Part shown: positions 25,234-39,369 of the stretch, piece by piece | Layout: each line of letters opens with the position of its first letter | Numbering within the stretch: the stretch's first letter is position 1 | Assembly (NCBI GenBank): GCA_951406725.2 | Contig: OX597829.1 | Coordinates: forward strand, 49,228,001 to 49,292,000 | Length of the DNA: 64,000 nt | Source of the DNA: Octopus vulgaris | Lineage: Eukaryota | Direction of reading: 5' to 3' | Program-made: the position numbers and the translations under genes | Notes under the pieces: model-generated | What the model was told of the DNA's origin: nothing | Database searches by the model: none | What the model saw: only the letters and a program-made list of their open reading frames with translations

Positions 25234-25553
25234 AACAATTGCAGCGTGGGAGGTGTTTATAAGCCATTTAAGAAACACACAAAAGCCGTTCGATTCACTC
25301 CAACATTTAAGTTTAATTTGTCAAAATATTTTCGTCGCTAAAATCCGCGACCTGTTCACTGACAAAGTCCGTGTGAACAGGTCGCGGATTTTAGCGACGA
25401 AAATATTTTGAGAAATTAAACTTAAATGTTGGAGTGAATCGAACGGCTTTTGTGTGTTTCTTAAATGGCTTATAAACACCTCCCACGCTGCAATTGTTTT
25501 CGTTTCAGCACACGATCTCAGATCAAATTACTTGCTATGCGAGTACATCTCCG
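25234..25553. mobile_element. Penelope-type fold-back insertion (~125-bp inverted arms plus ~54-bp extension)
   Basis: Near-perfect inverted repeat 25233-25499. TSD TATATCTTAGTAA at 25222-25234 and 25554-25566. Confidence 0.75.
25317..25366 (-). ncRNA. Candidate hammerhead ribozyme with G3-C8 swapped core
   Basis: tttgtca-GTGAACA-g-gtcgc-ggatttta-gcgac-GAA-AATATT-T-tgacaaa. 7-bp stem I, 5-bp stem II, palindromic stem III. Confidence 0.6.
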
Positions 25554-25917
25554 TATATCTTAGTAATTATTGATCATTTGCATGGAATAATTTCAGTAAC
25601 AACAACATTAAATTCTTCACTTATGATCCACATTTCTATAAAGAAGAATCTTTGCAGAACAAAGATAATGAATGTCAGAATCACGTAGAAACTGTTCAAA
25701 TTTGAATTTAAAGAGGGAACAGAAATAAATAAATAAAGAAAGAAATTAACCTGAAAAGTCAGCAACAAATTATATAAAAAAAAAAAAAAAAAATTAAAAA
25801 AAATATCGGTTTATTTCAGAATCTTGTTAAAAAAAAAAAACTGTAATGAGTAAATAATCAAATTATAAAAGCCAAAATCTGTAATTACTGAAACATTAAT
25901 AAGAATGACAAATAAAA

Positions 25918-26245
25918 ACGATGACAATGACAGAAATGCTGAAGATGATGGTGGCGGCGGAAAAGGTGATGATGACGATAATGGTAATGGTGGAGATGAT
26001 GATGACAATCACAGAGTTGGTGGAAGTGGTGATGATGATGACGACGATGATAGTGATGATGATGATGATGGTAGTAATAGTAGTAGTAGTAGTGATGATG
26101 GTGATTATGCTGGTGATGGTGATGATAATGATGATTATAGTGGTGTTACTGATGCTGGCGATGATGATGATTATGATGATGGTTGTGATGATGACAACGA
26201 CGATGGTGATGACGATAATAACAACAAGCAACAATAATGGTAATA
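25918..26245. repeat. Cryptic (GAT/GGT/AGT)n triplet repeat
   Basis: Direct reading. Confidence 0.9.
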
Positions 26246-26590
26246 CAGTTTGCATTAGTGTCGCCATGGAAATGAAAAGGTCAATTTATTTTCTCTCGAA
26301 TGGCAAACAAGGTGATAATTTGTATATTGATAATAATGTTTGTTTATTTTTTTTGTAAGTTTTCCCTTTTTTTTTTTTATTTGTTTCAGTCATTGGACTG
26401 TGACCATGCTGGGGCATTACCTTCAAGGTGTTTAGTAGAACAAATCGACCTTAGTATTTATTTTAAAGCCTGGTGCTTATTCTATCAGTCTCTTTTACCA
26501 AACTGCTAAGTTACAATGATGTAAATAAACCAACAGCAGATGTCAAGTAGTGATGAGGGACTAACATACATACATTTATATTCCCTTATT

Positions 26591-27019
26591 CTTTTACTCT
26601 TTTATTTCTTTCAGTCATTTGACTGTGGCCATGCTGGGGCACTGCCTTTAGTTGGGCAAATCAACCCCAGGACTTATTCTTTGTAAGCCTAGTACTTATT
26701 CTATCGGTTTCTTTTGCTGAACCACTAAGTTACGGGAATGTAAACACACCAGCATCAGTTTTCAAGCAATGGTGGAGGGACAAACACAGACACAAATAAT
26801 ACACACACACATGACAGGTTTCTTTCAGTTTCCATCTACCAAATCCACTCACAAGACTTTGGTTGGCCCATGGTTATAGTAGAAGACACTTGCCCAAGGT
26901 GCCATGCAGTGGGACTAAACCTAGAACCATGTGGTTGGTACGCAAGCTACTTTTATTCGTATGATTTGTCACAAGAGTATTACGTAGATGTAGCAAGCTA
27001 CTTACCACACAACTACTCC
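26591..27019 (-). mobile_element. SINE family A within a cluster of partial copies (about 26378-27460)
   Basis: Similarity to family A. Carries a 40-bp insertion in the head. Confidence 0.8.
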
Positions 27020-27454
27020 AGGCTTCTTTCAGTTTCCATCTACCAAATCCACTCATAAATCTTTGGTCAGCCTGAGTTTTATAGCAAAAGACACTTGCCC
27101 AAAGTGTTACATAGTGGGACTGAACTCAAGACCACATGAATGGGAAACAAGATTCGTATCCACGCAGCCATGCCTGCATCTATATTTGATTTTATTTAAA
27201 TTGTTTTTCTACTAAAGTTTGGAAAGTTTACTTCATCTAAAAAATATTCAAATACCAAATTCTTTTGTCCCATTAAACAAAGGGTATGGTATATATAATT
27301 CTTACCAACATTAGTAAAAGAAATTCTGAACATATTACACCCTTATACACGTTTCAGTCATTTAACTGCAGCCATGCTGGAGCACTGCCTTTAGTTGAAG
27401 AAATCGACCCCAGGACTTATTCTTTGTAAGCCTAGTACTTATTCTATTGGTCTC

Positions 27455-28255
27455 TTTTGGCAGGATTTTTATGGCTGGATGCCCTTCCTAACATCACACA
27501 CTCTGCAGAGTGGTAACATTCATACATATTAGATATAGATATTTATATGTATGAGTATAACATATATTAGATATTTATATGCATATATACATTATCATTA
27601 TTTTAACATCAATTTTTCCATGGAATTCAGATAGAATTTACCGAGACAGATTTTTTATGATCGATGCCCTTCCACTGATGGAGCATTGCTCTAGAGTGAA
27701 CATGTTTGCCTTTAATATCTTAGGATTTTATGAACTTCTCTTTTCTCTCCTTCTTCTTTTCTAGATATTATTTGAAAAATGATGGAGATATAAGTACCTG
27801 CCACATACACACATATAAATATAAAAGCTCCAGCATGGGCATAGCCCTTAGGCTAGAGTTAGTGAAGGAAAAAAATATATAAATGTGATATGTAAAAATC
27901 ATCATAATCATCATTATTTAACAACCATCTTCCTTGCATGCTCGGGAAGGATGGTTCACAGGAACTGGCCAGGTAAGAAAAATGACTAGTCTACTGTGTC
28001 TGTTTTGGCAGGATTTTTATGGCTGGATGCCCTTCCTAACATCACACACTCTGCAGAGTGGTAACATTCATACATATTAGATATAGATATTTATATGTAT
28101 GAGTATAACATATATTAGATATTTATATGCATATATACATTATCATTATTTTAACATCAATTTTTCCATGGAATTCAGATAGAATTTACCGAGACAGATT
28201 TTTTATGATCGATGCCCTTCCACTGATGGAGCATTGCTCTAGAGTGAACATGTTT
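27455..28255 (+). repeat. 253-bp near-identical direct duplication (27455-27707 and 28003-28255)
   Basis: The two copies read as identical by eye, offset by 548 bp. Confidence 0.9.
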
Positions 28256-28387
28256 CCATGGAAGACTGGAAAGGAGTGACACTGCTTGTATGATTCTGAT
28301 GAATGTTTTATAACTATCACATAATTTCATCACTAGAAGATACATATATACACTTATATAGTGGGGTACTCCAATATGAATGGTTCT

Positions 28388-28780
28388 TTAACCCTCTAGA
28401 ATTTAAACCAGCCATACTCTGCTGGGTAGTTGTTGTTAAGAAGGGTGTCCAGCTGTAAAAATCCTGCCAAAAACAGACATAGAAGTAAGGTGTAAGCTTA
28501 TGCCTCGCCAGCTCCTGTCAATCCCTCCAACCCATGCCAGCATGGAAAGAGGACGTCAAAGGATGATGAGGATGATGATATGCAGCCCAAATATTCTACA
28601 TGTTTTATGCTTAAGCTGACTGGATCCAAACTCTCACACTTAAACTACAATGTCTTTTTAAAAATAAACCGTCACCTCAATAAAATCTCAAAGCTAAAAA
28701 ATTTATTCATGATTTATTCAAAACAATTTGAATAGGTAAGCATTTAATTTGAGAGGATAATTTAAATGTTAAAGGGTTAA
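28388..28780. mobile_element. TTAA-flanked MITE interrupted by a family C fragment
   Basis: TTAACCCTCT...AAAGGGTTAA. Related to 56425-56642. Confidence 0.65.
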
Positions 28781-29195
28781 ACCAGCCATATCCAGCCCGG
28801 ATATTCCACTTGTTTTATGTTCAGACTGATTACATCTGACCTCATACACCTGCCCGACAATGCTATTCCAAAAATAAAACAATTACTTCAATGAAGCTAT
28901 GAGATAATACGTGATTTATTGAAAACTATGGGAATAAACAGGCATTATATTTGACAGAATAATCTGGCTGCTAAATGCTTAGTTGAACAAACTGAATAAC
29001 AAATTGGTTTTCTAAAGACAATTAAATTTGCATAATGAGCTGGAACTTTTTCAGACATTAGCTTAGCTGCTGAAATTTCAACGGAAAGACAGCCATGAAT
29101 AGACAATGCGTACATACAAGAGCTGGTGGGATTGAACTACACCAACATATCCTTCTCAAGGTTCACATTGGTGTTAATAATCCTTTCTATTACAC

Positions 29196-29580
29196 TCTCT
29201 CTTTTACTCTTTTTCTTGTTTCAGTTATTTTGACTGCGGTTATGCTGGAGCACCACCTTTAGTCGAGCAAATCAACCCCAGGAATTATTCTTTGTAAGCC
29301 TAGTACTTATTCTATTGGTCCCCTTTTGCCTAACCGCTAAGTTACGGGGACATAAACACACCAGCATCGGTTGCCAAGCGATGTTGGGGGGACAAACACA
29401 GAAGCACAAACACACACACATACACACACATATAAATATATATGCTGGGCTTCTTTCAGTTTCCATATACCAAATCCACTCACAAGGCTATATTAGTAGA
29501 CACTTGCCCAAAGTGCCATGCAGTGGGACTGAACCCGGAACCATGTGGTTGGTAAGCAAGCTACTTACCACACAGCCACT
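29196..29580 (-). mobile_element. SINE family A
   Basis: Similarity to other family A copies. Confidence 0.8.
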
Positions 29581-29790
29581 AAAGCACAAGGCCTTAAATT
29601 GGGAGGAGGGGAATACTTGATTATATTGACCCCCCCCCCCAGTACTCAACTGCTACTTATCTTAACAGTCCCGAAAGGATGAAAGGCAAAGTCGACCTCG
29701 GCAGAATTTGAACTCAGAATGTTAAGGTGGACGAAATGCCAATAAGTATTTTACTTGACATACTAACAATTCTGCCAGCTGACCACCTTA
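29581..29790 (-). mobile_element. SINE family B-related, older copy
   Basis: AAAGGATGAAAGGCAAAGTCGACCTCGGCAGAATTTGAACTCAG. Confidence 0.7.
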
Positions 29791-30287
29791 ATAATAATTT
29801 CAAATTTTGGCTCAAGGCCAGCAATTTGACAATTTGAGGGGAGGGGCTAAGTCAATTGCATTGATTGCAGTACTCAGCAGGTACTTATTTTATCGACATC
29901 AAAAGGATGAAAGGCAGCATAGTAATAATAATAATGATGATGATGATGATGATTTCATTTATTTGCCACAAGGGTGAAGGTTGAGGGGGACAATACAAGG
30001 ACAGACATAAAGTGTGGGGCTTTACACATAATGAAATGATAAAAAAAAAAGGTAAGAATAATAATGATTTCTTTATTGACGACAATGGGATTAAATTAAT
30101 GATATTGAAATTTTTTTTTTTGGCCAGATTCCTGGGAAAACAAGAATCTATGAGACTCAAAGAGCTGTGCTGACATCAACCACCCACATTCTCAGGAAGT
30201 TTTTTTCTAATTAATATATATATACATGCCTTAGGACTCTGGTTGAGACCCAGTTGGAAGATGAAATTAAATGCGAACCAATCAGAA

Positions 30288-30429
<142 letters not shown>

Positions 30430-31090
30430 GTGGTTTCAAATCTTGACACAAGGCCAGCAGCTTTTGGGTAAGGGGCTAAGTCAGTTATATTGACCTCAGT
30501 GCTCAATTGGTATTTATTTTATCGACCCCTGAAAGGATTAATAATAATAACAGCAAAACAACAGCAACAGCAATAATAACAATAAAGAGATGAAAACAAA
30601 ACTGAAAGAAGAAAAACTGATGATGATGATGATGATGATGATGAGTATAAATCATCCTTACCTGCCACTTTTGAGTCATAAGCAACACCAACACCACATT
30701 TAGAATTATCTCTTTTCGCAGCAACCTCTCCAGCGCAACGTGTTCCATGGCTGAAATAGAGGAACATATTTAGAGATGAATAAATAAACAAGGGTGTAAT
30801 ATTTGTCACTCTCACCATTTAATGTTTGTCCTTCAAGCTGGAATATGTTGGATTCTGAGCCAGAATTTTGTGGCAAGCTCCACTGTCTGAATTGTCGTGG
30901 TTTCTATGGCTGGATGCCCTTCCTAATGCCAACCACTTTACGGAGTGTACTGGATGCTTTTTAAGTGGTGCCAGCACCAGAGATATCACTTAGTAACTCA
31001 CAAGATCCACCCCTCCCCCCACGACCACCACCAATTGCAGAATGGTGTAGTAATTAGGGAGGTGGCTTTATGTGGTTTTGTGTGTGTATA

Positions 31091-31302
31091 CTCTTTACTC
31101 TTTTACTTGTTTCAGTCATTTGACTGCGGCCATGCTGGAGCACCGCCTTTAATCGAGCAACTCAACCCCGGGACTTATTCTTTGTAAGCCCAGTACTTAT
31201 TCTATCAAACTCTTTTGCCAAACCGCTAAGTAACGGGGACATAAACACACCAGCATTGGTTGTCAAGCAATGCTAGGGGAACAAACACAGACACACAAGC
31301 GC

Positions 31303-31333
<31 letters not shown>

Positions 31334-31494
31334 CATATATACGACGGGCTTCTTTCAGTTTCCGTCTACCAAATCCACTCACAAGGCTTTGGTCGGCCCA
31401 AGGCTATAGTAGAAGACACTTGCCCAAGGTGCCACGCAGTGGGACTAAACCCGGAACCATGTGGTTGGTAAACAAGCTACTTACCACACAGCCA
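31091..31494 (-). mobile_element. SINE family A, full length
   Basis: Similarity to other family A copies. Confidence 0.85.
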
Positions 31495-33324
31495 GTATGT
31501 GTATGTGGTTATGTGACTATGAAGTTTGCTTCCCAAATACATGGTTTCGAGTTCAATCTCAACGTGTGATGCTTTTGACAAGTGTCTTTTACTGCAGCAC
31601 CAGATTATCCCAAAGTCTTGTGAGTGGATTTTGATAGAAAGAAGCTTAAAGAAACCATTGCCAATGTCAACAAAAGCACGCTTAGGCTTCTTGACTTATC
31701 ATAATATGCTATACGGTCTTTGTAAACAAAAGGCTCATTCACACAGTATCGTTTCCTTCCAGTTCTTCATGCAAGCATATCAGGGCTGTTTGTCGTTGAA
31801 TAGACGGAGAGATTATTATTTCACTTAGAAAACAAATGGAGGATGGCATTTGGCAATAGAAAATTCTGCTTAGCTAAACTAATCCTTCAACCCACACAAG
31901 CATCTAAAAATAAATTCTTTTATTCTTTTTAGATATTAAAGCAATGATAATAACATGTTGCTTTTTTTTTTTAGCTGAGGTAACTATGTACCTCCCCAAA
32001 AGTAAAACATCTGTTCCTGTCCTCTCTATCATATTTTAATTTCTCAGCATCTTTTATGCAAGGTGCTGAGAGGTTAAAACCACCTATCTAAAGCAACCTG
32101 CCTCAGGGCAGCTCCCACCTGGAGTATCAAAACCAGAATCATTCAAAGAACGTAATGACATGTTCATTTACGAAATATCCAGACTGTCTTCAAAAAAAGA
32201 ATTACATTTTTGTTCATTGATTGTGTTTCTGACATCTACAGCCATGACCCAAAAACAATATAATATGAAAGGATGGCAAAAGCTTTTTGGAAATAGTTCT
32301 TGCAACTAGGAATGAAAGCAGAATAAAATGTATTCAGTGCTTGATGGATCAACAACTTAATAGACCTTTTTTTCTTCATTTAATATATAACAAAAACAAA
32401 AACAAAATAAATATAAAACAAACAAGGAAATAAAATAAATGAATAATAGATGAGGTAATTAATAGCAGACTGAAAGTTCTAAGAGCCGGCCCGAGGAGAA
32501 GAAAGCAATCAATTGGTTAACTGATGCCATATAATCAAAAGACTGGAAATAGATTCTATCAAATTCTGATTAAATTTGAGGTGTGTGTGTATCATTTATC
32601 TACATGTGTGTCTGTTTGTGTGTATGTGTATATGCATGTATATATGTATATGTGAGTATGTATGAATGTCTATACGTACATGTGTATGAATGTGCATATG
32701 GATGCATGTGTACATACATATGTCTATTTTAGTGTATGTGTATGCATGCATGCGTGTGCATGTATGTATATGATTTTCACTTTTTTTTTAGGTTTTTTTT
32801 TCGGAAGTCTATAAACCTATAATTTGGATATTATTTGAGAATGAAACTGAAATATAAAATTATGCATAGAAAATGGAATAGGAATTAAAAGAAACATGAA
32901 AAGCATTTGAAATAACAACAACGACAACAACAGCTGCGATAACATCACCATCACTAACAACAACAACAACAATTTGAAACTTCAAAGAAACTAAAATAAT
33001 TTCAAACAAATAAAAGAACAAAGAACCCCCCCCCCCCCAAAAAAAAACAAATCTAAAAGAATTTTATTGTTTTTTTTTTACCAGCTAAATGATTATGAAA
33101 TGTAGAATTGTATGCCATTTTTTTTAATTACACATACCCACACCCACACACATACATAATTTAATTTACATAACCATTTCATACACACATAAGACTAAGC
33201 AGTACAATTTTAGTCCATCGAAGTGAAACATCCTGAAATATGTCATATACACCCAGTAAGTGTTTTTCTTTCTCGACCTCCTTGTTGTTTACCTCAGGCA
33301 CCTCAGATATGGAACATCATTATC

Positions 33325-33680
33325 ATTGTTTAACGTCCGCTTTCCATGCTAGCATGGGTTGGACGATTTTGACTGAGGTCTGGCAAACCAGATGGCTGCA
33401 CCAGGCTCCAATCTTGATCTGGCAGAGTTTCTACAGCTGGATGCCCTTCCCAAGCGCCAACCACTCCGAGAGTGTAGTGGGTGCTTTTTACGTGCCACCG
33501 ACACAGGGGCCAGTCAGGCGGTACTGGCAACGACCTCGCTCGAATCTTTTTACACGTGCCACCGGCACAGGTGCCAGTGAAGCGACGTTGGTAACGATCA
33601 TGCTCAAACGGTGCCCTTTTACGTGCCACATGTACGGAAGCCAGTTGGCTGCTCTGGCAACGATCACACTCAGATTGGCA
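33325..33680 (-). mobile_element. Family C RTE-type LINE 3' end
   Basis: Similarity to other family C copies. Confidence 0.8.
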
Positions 33681-34587
33681 CCCAGTCCATTACAGAGTAA
33701 CTCATCTGTAGCTGATTTGATCTCTCCCTCTCTCTCTCTCTCGGTATATATATATATATATATTTATATCATCATCATCGTTTAATGTCCTCTTTCCATG
33801 CTGGCATGGGTGGGACTGTTTAACAGGAGCTGGCCAGGCAGAAGCCTACACCAGACTACTGAGACTTTTCTGGTAGGATATATGGCTCAGATGAAAGTAG
33901 CATTAGTTATTTTAGGCCTTCAATTTTTCTCACCTGATCAATAGACCGACTGCGTAAACCTATAACTAATGTACCTATAATGAATACTGGAAACAGCTGT
34001 AAGCCAAATTTACTCTAATAAAGGTAAGATATATAATGACCATTGTTTATGACTTGTCTTATATATATGTGTAAGTGTATATGAATGTATGTGTGTGTAT
34101 GTATGTGTGTGTCTAAAGAAAGGTAATGAAAAATCTACATTTGGAGCACATATGAACATGTATGCCTAAAATTGTTTACATAAATATTCTTATAGGCAGA
34201 GCCATTGCTTCTTTACCATGTGGTTTTGGGTTCAGCCTCTCTTTGTTCTGTCATGGACATATGTGACAACACTTGGTGCCAAGCAGCATTTGCCCAAGTT
34301 GGCAGCATTTTTCTTAGATAAATATTGGTATCAAATTTTGGCACAAAGCCAGCAAGTTTGAGGGAGAAGGTAAGTTGATTACATCGACCCCAGTGTATAA
34401 CTGGTGCTTATTTTATTGACTCTGTAAGGAGGAAAAGTAATGTTGATCTCAGTGGAATTTGAACTCAGAACATAAAGACAGATGAAATGCTGCCAAGCAT
34501 TTTCCATGGCATGCTAATGATTCTGCCAGCTCGCTTCCTTTTTTTTTTAGATAAATATTGGTGGAATAATATTTCTTTTTAGATAAA

Positions 34588-34920
34588 TCATCATCATCAT
34601 TTAACATCCAGTGTCCATACTGGCATGGGTTGGACAATTTGACTGGGCTGGTAAGCTGGAAGGCTGCACCAGGAACCAGTTTGATTTGGCATGGTTTTCT
34701 ACAGCTGGCTGCCCTCTCTTATGCCAACCACTCCAAGAGTGTAAGGAATGCCTTTACATGCCACACTCATGGGTGCCATTAGCATATCACCGGTATCGGC
34801 CACAACTACAATGTCACTTAGCTTGATGGGTTTTCTTCTCATGCATGACATAATGCCAAAGGTCTTGGTCATTGCCTCTGTGAGGCCCAACACTCGAAAG
34901 GAGCACAGCCACTTTGCCTC
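34588..34920 (-). mobile_element. Family C copy retaining an ORF remnant
   Basis: Minus strand reads RVLGLTEAMT then a frameshifted DLW, followed by the family C 3' UTR. Confidence 0.7.
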
Positions 34921-34999
34921 CATTGGTGGAATAATAAAATGTTCTTTTTTTAGATAAATATTGGCGGAATAATAATATCTTTTTTTTTAGATAAATATT

Positions 35000-35478
35000 T
35001 ATTTCTCTATTGCTCACAGGGGGCTAAACATAGAGGGAACAAACAAGGACAGACAAAGGGATTAAGCTGATTACACCAACTCCAGTGCGTAACTGGTACT
35101 TGTTTAATCGACCACGAAAGGATGAAAGGCAAAGTCAATCTCAGTAGAATTTGAACTCAGAGTGTAATGACAGATGAAATACTGTTAAGTATTTCACCCA
35201 GCATGCTAACGATTCTGCCAGCTCACCGGCTTATTTAGATAAATACTGGTTTCACAATAATTATTAATAACAATAGTTTCAAATTTTGGCACAAGACCAG
35301 CAATTTCAGAGGAAGGGATAAGGGAGTTACATCGACCCCAGTACTTAACTTGCACTTGTTTTATCAAACCCAAATGAAGGAAAGACAAAGTCAACTCTGG
35401 CGGAATTTGAACTCAGAACATAAGGATGGATGAAACACCACCAAGCATTTTACCCAGCATGCTATCGATTCTGCTAGT
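35000..35478 (-). mobile_element. Two SINE family B-related copies
   Basis: Central domain present at about 35100-35160 and 35350-35420. Confidence 0.7.
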
Positions 35479-35879
35479 TTGCTATCTTTTTTTTTTTTAG
35501 ATAAATATCAGTGGCATTTGCATACAGAGGTAATTGCTAATTTTCCTAACAAACTCTTACCTAAACTTGCATACAAAAGAGCAGATGCATGGACAACATC
35601 GAATGAAGGAGGTCTTAAATATCATAATCACCATTATTTTACATTATTTCTAAGCTCATATAGATAGAGAGCAGTTGTTACAGGAGAATCATGCCGCCAT
35701 TCTCTACATCCCCCCCAATATCATACACTTTTTTTTCTTTTATGTAGAATTTTGTCTTAAATAAGGCACGGTTTTCTACAGCTAGCATGCATCTACTGTA
35801 GTTTAGAAGGTCTACAAAAGAGAAAAAGAAGAATCCTATAAATTCAAAAGATGTTGATTGGTAGAAAGTATAAAGAACT

Positions 35880-36280
35880 GAATATTACAGCCCAGAGGAA
35901 AAGCTGATGGCAGTGAGTTTCTGAGAACCACAGTTTAAAGCTAGTAGAATGGAAGAACTTATGACTGACAGGAAGCTCAACGGAAAACGGAATATTCCTG
36001 GAAGGAAAAGCAGGTAACGCATTTAAAGGTTTTGAAAGATGGTACAAGACCAGAAAGTTTCTAAGGCATTTGGTTCCATGGGCCATATGTAGCAGAATCT
36101 ATGTGCTCTCAACACAGAGATGTGCCTACCACAAAGTTTGGCAGTCAAAGAGAGATCAAGCTTCTGTGGCTATTCAATATATAGTCTAGAGACTGTTGGC
36201 TCACCCTGGTGACTAAATTACATTCTAGAACCTTCCATGGTTCACTGGGATTTAATAAAAAGGACATAAATCCAATTTCT
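35880..36280 (-). pseudogene. Possible highly decayed non-LTR reverse transcriptase remnant
   Basis: Minus frames show SEPWKVLECNLVTRV and a frameshifted HLSK/TFKCV, resembling RT motifs KxLE and DxSKAFDxV. Very degenerate. Confidence 0.3.
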
Positions 36281-36456
36281 TAGGAGATTCTAGAATGTTT
36301 GCCAAGGGGGATCACTGTGGGTAAATCCCATGATTCGTAACTTAGGCAATGACAAATCTGTTTCCAATTACATAACTCCTACAAGTGCAATGACCTAGAA
36401 ATGCTTATATGCACAAGAGAAACATGCAAATCTTTATTGCTGTGTATGTTTTGATA

Positions 36457-36851
36457 TCTTTATATATAAAAGTAAGGTTGTGTGCTGTCTGTCTCCTATG
36501 ATTTAGATTCCTAACTACTCCCACATTTTGCAGTGCAGTTTAACCAAAACCGGGTATCTTTATAGTCATGATTCATATCGAGCCCTTCTGGGTATTAGCA
36601 CACGTCTACCATGAGTCTACGATTTAAAAAAAATTTACCATCAATTTTTCCCATTTTTAATGTATTTTTGGCATATATAAGGGAAGTAACTCTCTAAAAA
36701 TTTATTATTAAATCTCAGAACGTAAAAAGCTACAGTAACCACCCCCTTTGTAGTTAGCTATATTGAGATGGCTATTATACTTTACATCTCTAAAAATGCT
36801 TATATAGTTATTTCCCTTACAAACCCGAACAACGCCGGGCGATACTGCTAG
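36457..36851 (+). mobile_element. Non-autonomous Helitron
   Basis: A|TC start, subterminal CCCG..CGGG hairpin, CTAG|T end, no TSD. Second copy at 62965-63364. Confidence 0.85.
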
Positions 36852-37388
36852 TACAACATATTTCTTTTACACAACTGCTTGGACTACACTAGCATCTGTA
36901 CTTCACACACTCACACATACATACACACACACATACACACACACACATACACACACACACACATACACACACACACACACATACACACACACACAATTAT
37001 AATGAAAAACCAAAAACTAAAAAAAAGAAACAGCTCAAAGGAGTGCAAACATGCTTTAGTTCTCATTAGTTGAGAACAAAATCATAAAAAAAGTCTTGAT
37101 GGCACCTGACAATATTGTCCAATTTAGTTGTGCCAGCAATATAAACTCTGCTGAATCACAGATGAGCAGAAACATAAACCAAAGACAAATAGTGAGAGAA
37201 AAGGAAAAAATAATAATAATAATAAAATGAAATATGGTTTTGACAAAAGCAGTAGAGGAAAAAAAATAACTAGTTTTCTTTTTTTATCAAATAGTTGATT
37301 GAGAGGAGTTGTGAAGAAGAACATGAAAAATATACAGCAAAAAAATATGTGCGTACACATGTGTGTGTATATATACATATATATACAT

Positions 37389-37802
<414 letters not shown>

Positions 37803-37823
37803 ATATATATATGCATGTATGTA

Positions 37824-37887
<64 letters not shown>

Positions 37888-37894
37888 ATATATA

Positions 37895-38200
37895 TAAAAA
37901 TGTTTCCGAAAGTCATGGGAGCTGTGTTGTTTTCTGACTTTGTAGGCATGTCCACGTGTGTTAGACACATGGAGATCAAAAAGGTGTTCAGTGTTGTTGT
38001 TGGTGAGGTGGTTGATAACTTTGTGGGTGATTACCAAGTCCGTCGCCAGACGCCGGAGCTTCAGTGAATCCATGCCCAGGGAAACAAGGCGCTCAGAATA
38101 TGGTAGGTGTCTGATGGAGGGTATGCGTTTGGTTGCACGTCTCTGAACAGATTCCAGGAGGTCAATGTTCTGAGCAAGATAGGGGTTCCAAATTTAATTA
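37895..38200 (-). mobile_element. CR1-like LINE ORF2 C-terminal fragment
   Basis: QNIDLLESVQRRATKRIPSIRHLPYSERLVSLGMDSLKLRRLATDLV...SNTRGHAYKVRK, matching CR1-group motifs VQRRATK, YxERL and TRGH. Confidence 0.85.
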
Positions 38201-38368
38201 GAGGATATGTTAACCTCATAAAGGGATGGTTGCATGCAAGGAAATACTGGTTCAATACCTAGTATTGTTGCGGAATGAAATGCCCTTAAAACAATAAGTA
38301 TGTGTTAAACATATAGTTTATATCCATTTAAAAGAAGAAAAGCAAAAAAGAAAAGAAGGAAAGAAAAC

Positions 38369-38404
<36 letters not shown>

Positions 38405-38502
38405 TATATATATATATTAAATAATAAGGGTAGAAATTGATGTTAATCAATTTAAACCAGTGGCCTAGCATATTTAAAAATCCTAAGATAAAAAATTGTG
38501 TT

Positions 38503-38619
38503 ACATACAAAATTAAGAGGAATGACCACTAAAGTGGAATCCTAATATGCTAAAGATAGACGTCTATGTTTAGCATATAGGGTGTCCACTAGTGGTCATT
38601 CCTCTTAATTTTGTATGTA
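38503..38619. repeat. Fold-back inverted repeat next to (TA)n (Penelope-type)
   Basis: TACATACAAAATTAAGAGGAATGACCACTA...TAGTGGTCATTCCTCTTAATTTTGTATGTA. Confidence 0.7.
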
Positions 38620-38949
38620 TATATATATATATATATATGTTGAAAGTAAAAGAATTTGAATAGCATCTGTGTAAAACTCCATTTATTTACTTATTTACTT
38701 ATATATATATTATTCTTTTATTTGTTTCAGTCATTTGACTGCAGCCATACTGGAGCATCCCCTTTAGTTGAATAAATCAAACGCTGGACCTATTCCTTGT
38801 AAGACTAGTACTTATTCTATTGGTCTCTTTGCTGAACCGCTATGTTACAGGGACATAAACACAACAACATCGGTTGTGAAGTGATGTTAGGGAACAGAGA
38901 CAGACACACAAACACACACATATATACATACATACACACACAAACACAC

Positions 38950-38993
<44 letters not shown>

Positions 38994-39369
38994 TCTGAGG
39001 AGTCACCTATATTGACAAGTGCAATATACGACATGAAACCAATGGTAACTTTGTGGCTGGTGATAACCAATATATATGTGTACATATAACATCAAATGAC
39101 ATGAAAAACAAAATGTGAAGTAATAGAAAACCGGTACAGAGAAAATAAGTGAAAAGTTGGCAAATACAGAAAGATATGAAAGATAGGTACTGAGAGGAAA
39201 ACAAAGGAAATATAGATAGATATGAAGAGATATGACTTTATATATTCACACATACACCCACCCACACATAGGCACAAATGTTTACAGAAACATACAACCA
39301 AATATATATATATATATATATATATATGCAGAGAAAGAGAGAGAGAGAGTGAGTGAGAGAAAGTATGAG

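Noticed and set aside
25905-26358. Asp/Gly-rich acidic ORF resembling a biomineralisation protein
   Set aside because: It is a cryptic GAT-type triplet repeat, open in multiple frames, with no signal peptide or clear splice context.
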